This document shows, one piece after another, positions 21,437 through 31,533 of a stretch of 64,000 bases of DNA. How positions within the stretch are numbered: position 1 is the first letter of the stretch; the number at the start of each line of letters is the position of its first letter. A program made the position numbers and the translations under genes. Source of the DNA: Candidatus Poribacteria bacterium (lineage in GTDB: Bacteria > Poribacteria > WGA-4E > WGA-3G); NCBI GenBank assembly GCA_965197475.1, contig CBDANF010000003.1, positions 544,001-608,000 of the forward strand, read 5' to 3'. The notes under the pieces were generated by a model. That model was given only the letters and a program-made list of their open reading frames with translations, did not search any database and was not told where the DNA came from.

Positions 21437-22168
21437 ATGCGAATTATTATTGTATTATCCGTTCTCATCACAATGTTCTTCCCTAACGTACTTATGAACT
21501 CAGAGGCAAATCCTGAGCATGAATTCACCTTCGTTCGTCTTCAATATAGAGGCAATCTCACACGACTAAGTAGTTGGGAGGTAGATTATCCCGCTTCCGA
21601 CCGCAATTTTATCTATCAGCTCAGCAAGCAGACCACCATTAATGTTGCCCCCGATAGTAAGAGTATTGCAGTTTGGTCGGAGGATATATTTGATTATCCG
21701 TTTGCATATATGTTGGAAGTGGGAAGTATGAGACTCAACAAAGCAGAAGCAGAAAACTTGCGTGAATATCTCTTACGAGGCGGATTCATCTTTATTGACG
21801 ATTTTCACGGTGGATTGGAATGGAAATGGTTCTATACGGAATTTAAAAAAATCTTTCCGAAACGAGAACCGGTGGACATCCCTATATCGCATCCGATTTT
21901 CAACTGTTTCTATAAAATTGAAAAACTTATTCAGATTCCTGGGCTCCGTGCACTCTTTAGTGGACAAACTTATGAACGCTATGACGGACATCCTGCCCGT
22001 TACCTGGGTGTGTTTGATGACAAGGGAAGGCTTATGATGATGATATGTTTCAATTCAGACCTTGGAGATGCGTGGGAACACGCTGCCGAGAGTTATTATC
22101 CGCGGGAGTATTCAAATTTAGCGTTCAAGATAGGTATCAATGCTGTTATCTATTGTCTGACACATTAG
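21437..22168 (+). CDS. DUF4159-family protein
   Basis: FTFVRLQY, DYPASDRN, LREYLLRGGFIFIDDF, NSDLGDAWE, YCLTH. Confidence 0.8.
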   Translation: MRIIIVLSVLITMFFPNVLMNSEANPEHEFTFVRLQYRGNLTRLSSWEVDYPASDRNFIYQLSKQTTINVAPDSKSIAVWSEDIFDYPFAYMLEVGSMRLNKAEAENLREYLLRGGFIFIDDFHGGLEWKWFYTEFKKIFPKREPVDIPISHPIFNCFYKIEKLIQIPGLRALFSGQTYERYDGHPARYLGVFDDKGRLMMMICFNSDLGDAWEHAAESYYPREYSNLAFKIGINAVIYCLTH

Positions 22169-22248
22169 CAATTGGAAGTCGGCTTTCAGAAGAGGTTTCC
22201 AATTGGCCGCAACCGAATTCTGATAGTTGCTCTCTAAAATTAATGCCA

Positions 22249-23649
22249 CTACTTCTTTGAACTGTTGCATATATCATATACTAACTGTTCCAGAAGAAGT
22301 TCCTTATCAAATGGCGTTGTTTTCAATTGGATGTCCACTTCCAAGGTTTTTTCCAACGCAGTCATCAATTCCTTAGTAGTGAAAGCGTGTAACGTTTGAA
22401 ATACTTTGTAAGCGATAAAAGGATTCCGCTTCATGATGTTATGCGTTGCAGATTCGGGTAAGAGATCCCCAAATTCTTCAGCAAGCGGTTGAAATATATT
22501 TTTTGTGAAATTTTCAAACCGCATCTGTCTTCCTATCGGTTTTAATTCTTTTCTTGTCATTATCAACTTCGCTTGAAGAGTCAATCGGAGATGGCTTGCA
22601 ATTGCTGCGTTAAGTGGGATTGGATTTTGACCACTTGCTAACACTTCACGCAGACTCTTCAACGCCTGCCGAGTCGAACGTTTTCCAATAGCATCGGTGA
22701 GATCAAATATTCTGTCGAAAGTGAGCTGCGTTACCAAATTGCGGACATCAAGTTCATCTATTTGGTGTTTATCACCTACATAATTGATGATTTTGTTTAT
22801 TGCCTCGGCAATTGTGTGCATGTCGCCACCAGTTCGACTTCGAAGTTGTTCAAACGCTCGCGGTGTAATTTTCTTATTGTAGGTTTCGAACTTCTCAACA
22901 ACCTTTCTATAAAGCGGGTCACGATTGAGTGAACCGCCTTTTTCCAAAGGATCAAAAGAAACATATCTACCCACTTCTTGAATCGCTTTAGCATATCGGT
23001 TTCTCGTGCGAACCTCATCCTTTACTGTAAAGATAAGTACACTCGTTTCAGGTAGATCCTCTTGGAGCCATTCCAACAATAGGTTTGCATCGTCGTTACC
23101 GCCGTTACCCTCTGAATGGGTTTCAAGTTGCGCTGCAAGTTGCGGCAAACGTGAAAAAAATGCCCGCACATCTTCGGTTAACCCGCCTCCAAGTGTTTCA
23201 GTTATCTCTTCAACTGCACTACTAAAATCTGAATGCCCATCAACAATATGTTGCGTGGAAACACCGAGAGACTTCGCGATGTCCTTAACACATTTTTGAA
23301 CATCCTCTGATTCTATCTGCATCGCATTATGGATGTTTTTCAACGGTGAAGTAGTCCGTTTTTGAGATGTGAATGCCGGAAAATCATCTACGACAACAAC
23401 CCGCCATTTTGACATCACCGGATAGACCTCAACGTTGCTGAGAATCTCTTTGGCAGAGACAACGTTCCCATCTAAAAAGGTCAAGTTGAAATCGCGGGTT
23501 TCAGGCGACAAAAGTTTATCTAACATCTGTTTGAGAGTCCCTTCAATAAGAAAAGTCTCCTTACCACAAAGTAGATAGACTGGCGCAATTTTGTTTCCTT
23601 CGATTTCACGAAGGATGTTTATGGGTTTAGCATCGGGATTCTGTTTCAT
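22249..23649 (-). CDS. holA: DNA polymerase III delta subunit, with insertion
   Basis: PVYLLCGKETFLI, DFNLTFLDG, IFDLTDAIG, DIQLKT...LLLEQL. Confidence 0.85.
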   Translation of the reverse strand: MKQNPDAKPINILREIEGNKIAPVYLLCGKETFLIEGTLKQMLDKLLSPETRDFNLTFLDGNVVSAKEILSNVEVYPVMSKWRVVVVDDFPAFTSQKRTTSPLKNIHNAMQIESEDVQKCVKDIAKSLGVSTQHIVDGHSDFSSAVEEITETLGGGLTEDVRAFFSRLPQLAAQLETHSEGNGGNDDANLLLEWLQEDLPETSVLIFTVKDEVRTRNRYAKAIQEVGRYVSFDPLEKGGSLNRDPLYRKVVEKFETYNKKITPRAFEQLRSRTGGDMHTIAEAINKIINYVGDKHQIDELDVRNLVTQLTFDRIFDLTDAIGKRSTRQALKSLREVLASGQNPIPLNAAIASHLRLTLQAKLIMTRKELKPIGRQMRFENFTKNIFQPLAEEFGDLLPESATHNIMKRNPFIAYKVFQTLHAFTTKELMTALEKTLEVDIQLKTTPFDKELLLEQLVYDICNSSKK

Positions 23650-23678
23650 AAGGACAAACTGCCACTGTTAGGGATCGC

Positions 23679-23861
23679 TCAGGTTGCACTATCCTTGGCG
23701 GTTTCTTTCTGTGTTCCCATAGCAGCGAATGCTGAGAAACGTTTTCTTGCATCTTGCTTCCCGCAGTTAGGACATTTCAGGGATTTGTTAACATCATTAG
23801 TGCGTTGTAACACTTCAAAATTGGTTTCACAAGCGTTGCAATGGTATTCAAAAATAGGCAT
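23679..23861 (-). CDS. FmdB-family zinc-ribbon protein
   Basis: MPIFEYHCNAC...FE...CPNCG. Confidence 0.85.
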   Translation of the reverse strand: MPIFEYHCNACETNFEVLQRTNDVNKSLKCPNCGKQDARKRFSAFAAMGTQKETAKDSAT

Positions 23862-23913
23862 TATTTTTCCTTACGTGAATTGTAGTTAACGCGTGAGTAC
23901 TTATGTGCTGAAG

Positions 23914-26304
23914 TTATATCGGACGAATAACGACCTTCACCTTTGTGCCTTTTGGTGGAATCACATCGGTATTGACGCGATAGGTACGATCATCAGTGCC
24001 ACCAGGTAATGGGTTATTGATAAGCGAATCTGGGTCGCGATATACTGCAATGATATTATGATAGAGTTGCGTGGTAAGTTGGTTATTGATAAGTCGTCCA
24101 CCAGTAAAAACCCAATGTGTTTTTTGCATCGGTTGTTCAGTCATCACATTCCATACAAACTCTCGTACAGGGCGAGAAACAATTTTTTCCCCTTGCTTCC
24201 ATTCAACCCATATTTGAACGTGTGATCCTTTGGGTTGCCGCGGATCTCCTTCAACTTCAAGATTCATGCCGGGTTTAAGATCTAACATACCGAGTGCTGT
24301 GAAAAGAAAAAGTGGTTCTGCATCAAGAATTAAAATACTCTCATGTGATTTTCCGCGTGTCCCGCAGGCAACGAATTCAATAATTGTATCCTCAGTCGTG
24401 ATGTTAATTTCACCAGGAACAGCAACTTCCTTTTTGTTGATATCAATCACAACAGTACCCATCTGATAAACATTTTCAGAAATTTTCTTGCGTTTCGTCA
24501 ATTTTGTATCCGTAGCAGACGTGGATTTCGGATAGATATTGAGAGTTGCAGATTCCATATTGTCGTTATTATCTGAATCCTCAAAGTCCACACGGACAGA
24601 AATCTCCGTTTCTCCTTCTTTGGTTGGCACCCAGTCAACTGAAACAACTGATTCACTGATGGTGGATGTCCAGAAAACTTCTGCTGTTTGCACCTCAACG
24701 TCATCAGCATAGAACTTGACTTTCAGTGTTTTATCGAGTGAAGTGCCACTATTTCTGAGCGTGGCACTGAGTTTTACTGCTTCGCCTACACGCGGAGAGG
24801 CGGGTGAAAACCGCAAACTTTTCGGCACAACACCGATATTTGGCTCTGTTGGACCAACAAGCGCATGACTTAAAGTCATCACAGCGAAACAGGTCGCCAA
24901 AAAATCGCTCTCCGCCCCATGCCATTTGCCATCGGGATGCTGCTCCGTAACCATCATGCTCGCAATTTCACCGTACCAGTCGTGACCTGCTAACATCTTT
25001 AACTTCGGATGAATCTCACTGAAACGTTGCAGGGAAAGAAGATAATAGTAGAGCCATGAATTCGATCCTGGGTTTCGGGTAAGTGACCAATGCTTTCTAA
25101 GCCAGTCGATGCCTTTTTGCACCTGTACATCATCTATAGAAACACCACAAGCACGAAGTGCCCACAACCCTGTTGCTGTCATACTCCCGTAAACTCCTAT
25201 TGCCCAGGGTGAACCCTCGTCAACTAAATTATAAAGCCATCCGCCTGTTTCAGTTTGGTTTCTACGAATCCATTTCTCGGCACGTGTCCAGGAATTTTGT
25301 GGTATATCAAGTTCCCACTGCTTTGCAGCATAGAGCGCATAGATAACCATGTTCATGTGTGCACCATCGGCAGAGTAGCCGTAACCCCAACCACCGTCAT
25401 CTCTTTCATCAGCAAATTCACTACCGGGCACAGGTAACTGTTTTTTTATTAATTGATTCACAGCGAATTGCGCTCGCTCCCGATAATCCGGGTTTTGTGT
25501 TTCTACTAATACCGGAATGAGTACCGCATATTGGTATACATCAAGGGTATTCCAGTCCTGTTCCAGAAGGTGTGCAAGACCTTGCTGCACAGATAGGTCC
25601 GTAGGGTTCCGTCCCGCCGCGAGTAACGTCTGTAATGCCAAGGATGTCTCCTGTATGTGGTCTTCGCCGATATCCCATGATGTACCCGGAACAAAATTTT
25701 CTGCCAGACCTTTCAGACTCGCACCACAGATGACACAAGATAAAATAACTTGGTTCTCAGTGCCGCATTGTAAACAAGTGCGACTGCTTTTCCCTTGCTG
25801 TGCTTCTATCCACGCGACACCTCGGTCTATAGATGCTTGAATTTGTTCGGTTGTTACTGGTGGAAACGTTTTTGCTGTAGCTGATATCGTTGCATGCGCA
25901 ACGTTGTTTGCTGTGTTGGATTCTTCAATATGTTTTTCGCCTGCGGGGTTGACGACAGCATAGACCTCTGTCTTGCCTGCGGGCGGCTGCCATTGTGCTG
26001 ATACACTATCCGTTTTTCCAGCTTTCAACTCTAAAATGACACCACTACATAAAATTTGGAGCGGTTGTGTTGCCGGATCGCCCTCGTACAGATCAACAAC
26101 TAAATCCTCATTCATCGTTGGGGTACCCGCACCGACATTTTTTACCTTTATCCAAATTTCAATCTCTTCCCCTTCAACGGGTGTTGGGTTGGAGAAGCTT
26201 ATACTCTTAGCATCAATCTGAAAATCTGGGAGCTGTGCGTGCCCATTACTAAAAATAGCTACAACAAAAAACATTCCGATTGCAAAAGCGAATAATTTTC
26301 TCAT
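23914..26304 (-). CDS. Secreted multidomain protein: CARDB, prenyltransferase/squalene-cyclase-like alpha barrel, CARDB, YdjY-like domain
   Basis: Signal peptide; EESNTANN; DGGWGY, QTETGGWLY, GSMTATGL, YYYLLSLQR; KSHESIL...WVFTGG. Confidence 0.7.
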   Translation of the reverse strand: MRKLFAFAIGMFFVVAIFSNGHAQLPDFQIDAKSISFSNPTPVEGEEIEIWIKVKNVGAGTPTMNEDLVVDLYEGDPATQPLQILCSGVILELKAGKTDSVSAQWQPPAGKTEVYAVVNPAGEKHIEESNTANNVAHATISATAKTFPPVTTEQIQASIDRGVAWIEAQQGKSSRTCLQCGTENQVILSCVICGASLKGLAENFVPGTSWDIGEDHIQETSLALQTLLAAGRNPTDLSVQQGLAHLLEQDWNTLDVYQYAVLIPVLVETQNPDYRERAQFAVNQLIKKQLPVPGSEFADERDDGGWGYGYSADGAHMNMVIYALYAAKQWELDIPQNSWTRAEKWIRRNQTETGGWLYNLVDEGSPWAIGVYGSMTATGLWALRACGVSIDDVQVQKGIDWLRKHWSLTRNPGSNSWLYYYLLSLQRFSEIHPKLKMLAGHDWYGEIASMMVTEQHPDGKWHGAESDFLATCFAVMTLSHALVGPTEPNIGVVPKSLRFSPASPRVGEAVKLSATLRNSGTSLDKTLKVKFYADDVEVQTAEVFWTSTISESVVSVDWVPTKEGETEISVRVDFEDSDNNDNMESATLNIYPKSTSATDTKLTKRKKISENVYQMGTVVIDINKKEVAVPGEINITTEDTIIEFVACGTRGKSHESILILDAEPLFLFTALGMLDLKPGMNLEVEGDPRQPKGSHVQIWVEWKQGEKIVSRPVREFVWNVMTEQPMQKTHWVFTGGRLINNQLTTQLYHNIIAVYRDPDSLINNPLPGGTDDRTYRVNTDVIPPKGTKVKVVIRPI

Positions 26305-26376
26305 AATACACCTCCCATATTTCGGCAACTAACAGAATTGAAGCACTTTATTACCATTATGTAGTGATTCCTTGTA

Positions 26377-27336
26377 TCAATTTTCTTCCCAAAATCCGAT
26401 TGAAACGGTAGAGGGTCTTGGAACAGCATTTGCGAAACGCCGCACGCCTTTTGCTGTCCATTTGCTCACTTCTCCAGAGAATGTTTGGCCAAGCAGATCA
26501 GCAACCCAAATTTCACCGTCTGCAGGTGAAAAGGTTACCGCAATAATTGCCATGCCAGCCTCAAATTCTTTGAGTTTTGTGCCTGTCGGTGATAAATTAA
26601 CCAACATATTGTTATTTGATGCAAGCCATACACTACCGTCTTTTGGATTAACACTGGGTGAAACCGGGGTAAGGATACCTTCTACCTTTGCCAATACTGT
26701 GCCATTGGGTGAGAGGCGGACAACGACATCATGCTGCGTATCGGCTACCCATACATTTCCTTGATAGTCTACTGATAAACCACCTTTGGGTTCGTCCATC
26801 GGCGGAGCATTAGCAACCAGATTGCCATTAGCATCGTAACGCGCAATCGGGCCTTTACCATCGGTTATCCAGCAGCTACCATCTTTTGGGTTAACTGCTA
26901 CATTGAATCTACCAGCTTCATCATTTGAGGGGCCATCCGGTGGAATTACTTCGGCAAGGATTTGCTCTCCGTCCGCTGAGATCTTTCGGACACCATCAAG
27001 TCCAGCAATCCAGGCAGTTCCATCAGCAGGGTTAACAGAGATTCCTGTCGGCGTTTTAATTTCCGGGATTGGGGTGAATTTTCCAGTAGATGGATCATAT
27101 CTGAAGACTGTATTAGCCGCTGAAACCGCAATCCAAACGACCCCGTTAACCGGATTAACCTCCACGTCACTCGCGTTTGTTAAACCTTCAATAGCAGAAG
27201 GATCTGCATCACCATTCGCATGTAATTTATAAACGGTATCACCGCCACTGACAACCCAACACTCCCCATTATATTGACCGTGACCAGTAACGACACACAT
27301 TAGAAACAGCATCGCTACCCATATCATTTTTTTCAT
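26377..27336 (-). CDS. Secreted beta-propeller (NHL-like) repeat protein
   Basis: Repeated VNPxDGxxWxA blades after a signal peptide. Confidence 0.75.
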   Translation of the reverse strand: MKKMIWVAMLFLMCVVTGHGQYNGECWVVSGGDTVYKLHANGDADPSAIEGLTNASDVEVNPVNGVVWIAVSAANTVFRYDPSTGKFTPIPEIKTPTGISVNPADGTAWIAGLDGVRKISADGEQILAEVIPPDGPSNDEAGRFNVAVNPKDGSCWITDGKGPIARYDANGNLVANAPPMDEPKGGLSVDYQGNVWVADTQHDVVVRLSPNGTVLAKVEGILTPVSPSVNPKDGSVWLASNNNMLVNLSPTGTKLKEFEAGMAIIAVTFSPADGEIWVADLLGQTFSGEVSKWTAKGVRRFANAVPRPSTVSIGFWEEN

Positions 27337-27567
27337 CGCTCGTTCATCCTCTTTTCCTTAAAATAGGTAATTTAGATTTTACTAATAAAAACTTATAGTT
27401 AAGATTTTAGCATTTTTCAATGTAATTTTCAAGGGATTTTACGTGCCTATGTGCTCGACATTTTCTGCTTGAAATTTTTGTAAAACTATTGTATACTTAA
27501 CAAAAGGTGTTTTAACTTGTTTAAAATCCGCAAGAATGCCTGAATCATAGTCTTATGAACTTTAGAG

Positions 27568-28017
27568 ATGCTCCAAATGATATTTCATTTAGATAGAAAA
27601 AAGATTGTCCTAATCCCTCTGATTTGTTTACTCATCTATTCTGCAATAATCCCGATGCAGTTGTCTAGCTATGTGCTGTGTATTGACGAAGGTAGGCGCA
27701 TCAAATTTGAGTTCGCTATCAATGGATGCTGCGCGGACGCACCTTCACATAATTTGGATCACCCAGAAACTACTACTGCAGATGAAAACCACTGCGGTGA
27801 ATGCGTTGACCTGCCGATCTTTGCCTCTTTAAACACCGAACCAATAATCGTTTCTGCCAAAAACGATATAGCAACGCACGATGTCATTTCCTCAACAGCA
27901 CTACTTTCACATGAGACAACTGTTTCTACCATTCAAATAGATACTTCTTTTTTGGTCATTCCACCGTTAATCAATCCTACGCTTATATCTCTTCGTACTG
28001 TTACGCTCCTCATTTAA
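27568..28017 (+). CDS. Small Cys/His-rich membrane or periplasmic protein upstream of the metal efflux operon
   Basis: TM helix, VLC, GCC, HCGECVD, SLRTVTLLI tail. Confidence 0.55.
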   Translation: MLQMIFHLDRKKIVLIPLICLLIYSAIIPMQLSSYVLCIDEGRRIKFEFAINGCCADAPSHNLDHPETTTADENHCGECVDLPIFASLNTEPIIVSAKNDIATHDVISSTALLSHETTVSTIQIDTSFLVIPPLINPTLISLRTVTLLI

Positions 28018-28247
28018 TCCTTCCTTGTGCTATTACGCGCTCATCTTGTCCCGAATCCTTATAAATTACTTTATCATTGCAAAAGACAGCGACATGTTCT
28101 GGAATTAGTGCCTGTCTAACTACTGTTGAGTAATCCATGTTGTGTGGTTTCACACGGGCAATCCTAATTACTCTTTTGATTAATTGATTGCCAACAACTT
28201 GCGTGTAATCTTTCTATACGATCTAACTTGTGAGGAGCAAAATACTA

Positions 28248-29504
28248 ATGAAAATAAGATTGAGCATTATCATCACAATCATAGGAATATGCTTTTTAAC
28301 CTTCAATGTTTTGCCGATTACCGCCCTCGCTGCTCAAAATGAAGAAATTAATCTTGAGGTTGCTATCCAAACTGCGTTGCGTGAAAATCCAGCACTCAAA
28401 GCGATACGTGAAAAAGTTAAAGTCGCACAAGCGCAACTTGATGGTATCGCTTTGTTAAGCAATCCAGAATTGGAATCCGAATTTATTGGTGGCGACCATG
28501 CTGAACAGACTCTTGAATTAACCAAAACTTTTGAACTTGGCGGACAACGCGGTCATCGAAAACAGATAGCAAAAATAAGTCTTGAAAAGGTCAACCTTGA
28601 ACTTACAGAAGAATCTTGGAAACTTACGAAATCCGTCAAACTCGCTTTTTATCAACTTGTACTCATCCAAGAAAAACTTAAGTTAGCGAAAGAGATTATC
28701 AAACATAATGAGCAGATGCTCAACATGGCACGGATTCAGTTTGAAGCTGGTGACATTTCCGTAACACAAGTAGGTCTGGCGAATATTCAGCTGCAATCAG
28801 CACTGCGCGAATCTGCTACGTTAGAAAGTGATTTGCAGTTGGCACAACTTGAACTGAACGGTTTGATGGGAACACCGCTTGATGCGACATCTACCGCAAT
28901 CGGAGGTTTACCTGAGAAAAAATCTCGGCATTTGAAACTTGATGTTTTGAAGTCGAACGCGCTTGCACATCGTGCTGACCTGAAGTCAATCAGATTAAAC
29001 GTGCAACTCACTGAAAGCACACATCGGCTTGCAAAAGCATCAAACATCCCCGATCTGAGTATCGGTGGCATTGCAGTACGTAGTTCAGGTGAGACCGGAT
29101 TCGGGGTGAAGTTTTCAATACCGTTGCCTCTTTTAGACCGAAATCGTGCTGAGATTAATGCTTCAAAGGCTCAAAAGCAGGTTGATGCGGTAGAAATAAC
29201 CAATTCCGAGAGACAAATTACCCGCGAAGTGATAGCAGCATTTATTTCTCTGAATGCTGCGCAAAAAAATCTTAAGTTTTATGATGGCAATTTACTGAAG
29301 TTGCTCAATGAAAACCTAACGCTCACACGTTCTGCCTACGAACTGGGGGAGGCAGAACTCTTGGAAGTTATCTTAATGCAAAGCGAATTCGCCAAAACTC
29401 GATTTGCTTATCTTGACGCGCTTGAAGCGTACCATAAAGCACTTGCAGAACTTGAAGCCGCTATCGGCACTTCTATCGAATTGATTATTGAAAAAGTACG
29501 ATAG
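28248..29504 (+). CDS. TolC-family outer-membrane efflux protein (CzcC-like)
   Basis: ALRENPAL, ELGGQR, SIPLPLLDRNRAEI, AYELGE. Confidence 0.9.
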   Translation: MKIRLSIIITIIGICFLTFNVLPITALAAQNEEINLEVAIQTALRENPALKAIREKVKVAQAQLDGIALLSNPELESEFIGGDHAEQTLELTKTFELGGQRGHRKQIAKISLEKVNLELTEESWKLTKSVKLAFYQLVLIQEKLKLAKEIIKHNEQMLNMARIQFEAGDISVTQVGLANIQLQSALRESATLESDLQLAQLELNGLMGTPLDATSTAIGGLPEKKSRHLKLDVLKSNALAHRADLKSIRLNVQLTESTHRLAKASNIPDLSIGGIAVRSSGETGFGVKFSIPLPLLDRNRAEINASKAQKQVDAVEITNSERQITREVIAAFISLNAAQKNLKFYDGNLLKLLNENLTLTRSAYELGEAELLEVILMQSEFAKTRFAYLDALEAYHKALAELEAAIGTSIELIIEKVR

Positions 29505-29552
29505 CCAGTTACCACGCACACAACGTGCTACTACATTTAAGGAGACATAAAA

Positions 29553-31508
29553 ATGCAACGCTACCTTCATTTTACACTACTTTTGTTGGGAATTTATGTT
29601 GTTACAATAGGTGGTTTGTTTCCATCAAATCACCACCTCACATTAACTTGGGCAGAAGAAGAACAGGTTAAGAATGAAAAAGGAGAAATTAAACCTGCTG
29701 AGGATGATGCCCATGATCATGGCGAACAGGGAGCTCATACACACACCGCCGAAAACTCGGTAACGCTCACCGATAAAGCAAAAGCCAACATCGGTTTAAA
29801 GACAGATGAGGCAGACCTTCGGGCTATTGAAAGGGTTGTCCAAGTTACCGGTAACATAATTGCCCATCCTGGAAGGCAGGCGATCGTCACACCAAGAATT
29901 GGCGGTATTGTGAAACGCATCCATTTTAACCTTGGCGACTCCGTAAAAAAAGGCGATGTGCTACTCGAATTGGAAAGTCTTGACTTGCAACTGGCAGAAA
30001 TTGATCTGATTGAAGCAGTAGATCAAGAGAAATCGTTAGACTCCAAATTAGCAAAACAGAAATCCGTTTTTGCGAAGCAGATACGATTGGAATTGCAAAC
30101 TCAACAAATTGACTATCTGGAATCGCTTGCTGAACTGCGGGAACAAGAAACGGCTTTTCAGAAGCATCGATCCCTTGCTATTGCAAAGACCCTCTCAGCT
30201 TTAGAAAAGATGCGCGTTGATCTTGTTAAAACTGATGTAGAACGCAAATTACTTGAAAACACGCTGAGGCGTATCGAATCTCTTACCGAAATGCGTATTT
30301 CTGCACAGAAGGAACTTATTACGCAAAAAGCAGGATACACGAAAGCAACGCACGGATTCTCGGGTGTGAAGCGGCAATTTCATATTCTCGGTGTGAGTGA
30401 GCAGACGCTTGAAAAGATTCTTAGCGATGATGGAACAACACCTATCCTGACGCTTCTCGATACAGACAGAAAAACCAAAAGCAAGGAACAAGTAAAATCG
30501 GTGCCGACAAAGCAGAACGAACATCCTGCGTTGCAGTACATTATGCTTATTGAAGAAGCAACGGAATTAATTAATGCAGAAACGGCTTACAAATCCGCTG
30601 CCATCAAAGTTAAAGCAAACAGACAACGCGCCTTGACTGTTGGCTTGACCGAAACCCATCTTGAAACACTTGCTAAAACCGCTTCGATCGTATCGTTCAA
30701 AGATTTGTCCGCCGATAAACTTATCGAAAATTACGCGCCTTTCATGACCAGCTCAGAAGCTTTAGAAGCATTGCTGCAGACGGAAGAAGCACAACGCAAT
30801 GCTAATATTGTGTTAGCAAAGGTCCAGCAGAAACTCAAAGTGTTCGGGATGACCTCTGATGAGATTGATAAGATTGTTGAAACAGGCAAATCTAATTCCC
30901 GATTTTACGTCACGGCACCAACATCAGGACAGATCATCAAGCAACAAGTCACACTCGGCGCAACTGTTGAAAAAAGCGATTCACTGTACTCAATGCTTGA
31001 CACGGATGTCGTTTGGGTTGAAGGTGAGGCTTACGAGGACACGCTTGCACTTTTACAGGACAAGTGGAAGGTAGGCAGCGAGGTTCGAATTCGCGTCCCT
31101 GCTTATCTGGGAAAAGTTTTTACAGGCAAGATTTCTCAAATATCAGCCATTGTGAACCCGGAAAAACGGACAGTCCATTTTTGGACAGTGGTTGATAATT
31201 CCACGCGTCAATTGAAACCGGGAATGTTTGCTGAACAGACACTCGTCATTGAAAAATTAGATGATGTTTTGAGCGTGCCGTTGAGTGCTGTTCTTGAAGA
31301 TGGTGCTACACAGATTGTTTTTGTTGAGTCGGGAAACACTTACGTCAAGCATGAAGTTGAGGTAGGCGCGAAGGATGACCGGTACATTGAAATCAAAGAT
31401 GGTTTGCTTGCGGGTGAACTTGTAGTCGTCCAAGGGACTCATCAACTCATGAGAGCTTCAGCAGGCACGGCAGCTGTTGTTGATCCGCACGCCGGACATT
31501 CGCATTAG
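29553..31508 (+). CDS. RND periplasmic adaptor (CzcB/CusB-like) with extended helical region
   Basis: His-rich N-terminus, LGDSVKKGDVL, APTSG, LKPGMF, C-terminal HAGHSH. Confidence 0.88.
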   Translation: MQRYLHFTLLLLGIYVVTIGGLFPSNHHLTLTWAEEEQVKNEKGEIKPAEDDAHDHGEQGAHTHTAENSVTLTDKAKANIGLKTDEADLRAIERVVQVTGNIIAHPGRQAIVTPRIGGIVKRIHFNLGDSVKKGDVLLELESLDLQLAEIDLIEAVDQEKSLDSKLAKQKSVFAKQIRLELQTQQIDYLESLAELREQETAFQKHRSLAIAKTLSALEKMRVDLVKTDVERKLLENTLRRIESLTEMRISAQKELITQKAGYTKATHGFSGVKRQFHILGVSEQTLEKILSDDGTTPILTLLDTDRKTKSKEQVKSVPTKQNEHPALQYIMLIEEATELINAETAYKSAAIKVKANRQRALTVGLTETHLETLAKTASIVSFKDLSADKLIENYAPFMTSSEALEALLQTEEAQRNANIVLAKVQQKLKVFGMTSDEIDKIVETGKSNSRFYVTAPTSGQIIKQQVTLGATVEKSDSLYSMLDTDVVWVEGEAYEDTLALLQDKWKVGSEVRIRVPAYLGKVFTGKISQISAIVNPEKRTVHFWTVVDNSTRQLKPGMFAEQTLVIEKLDDVLSVPLSAVLEDGATQIVFVESGNTYVKHEVEVGAKDDRYIEIKDGLLAGELVVVQGTHQLMRASAGTAAVVDPHAGHSH

Positions 31509-31533
31509 TAATCAGTACCAAGGAGGAAAATAA

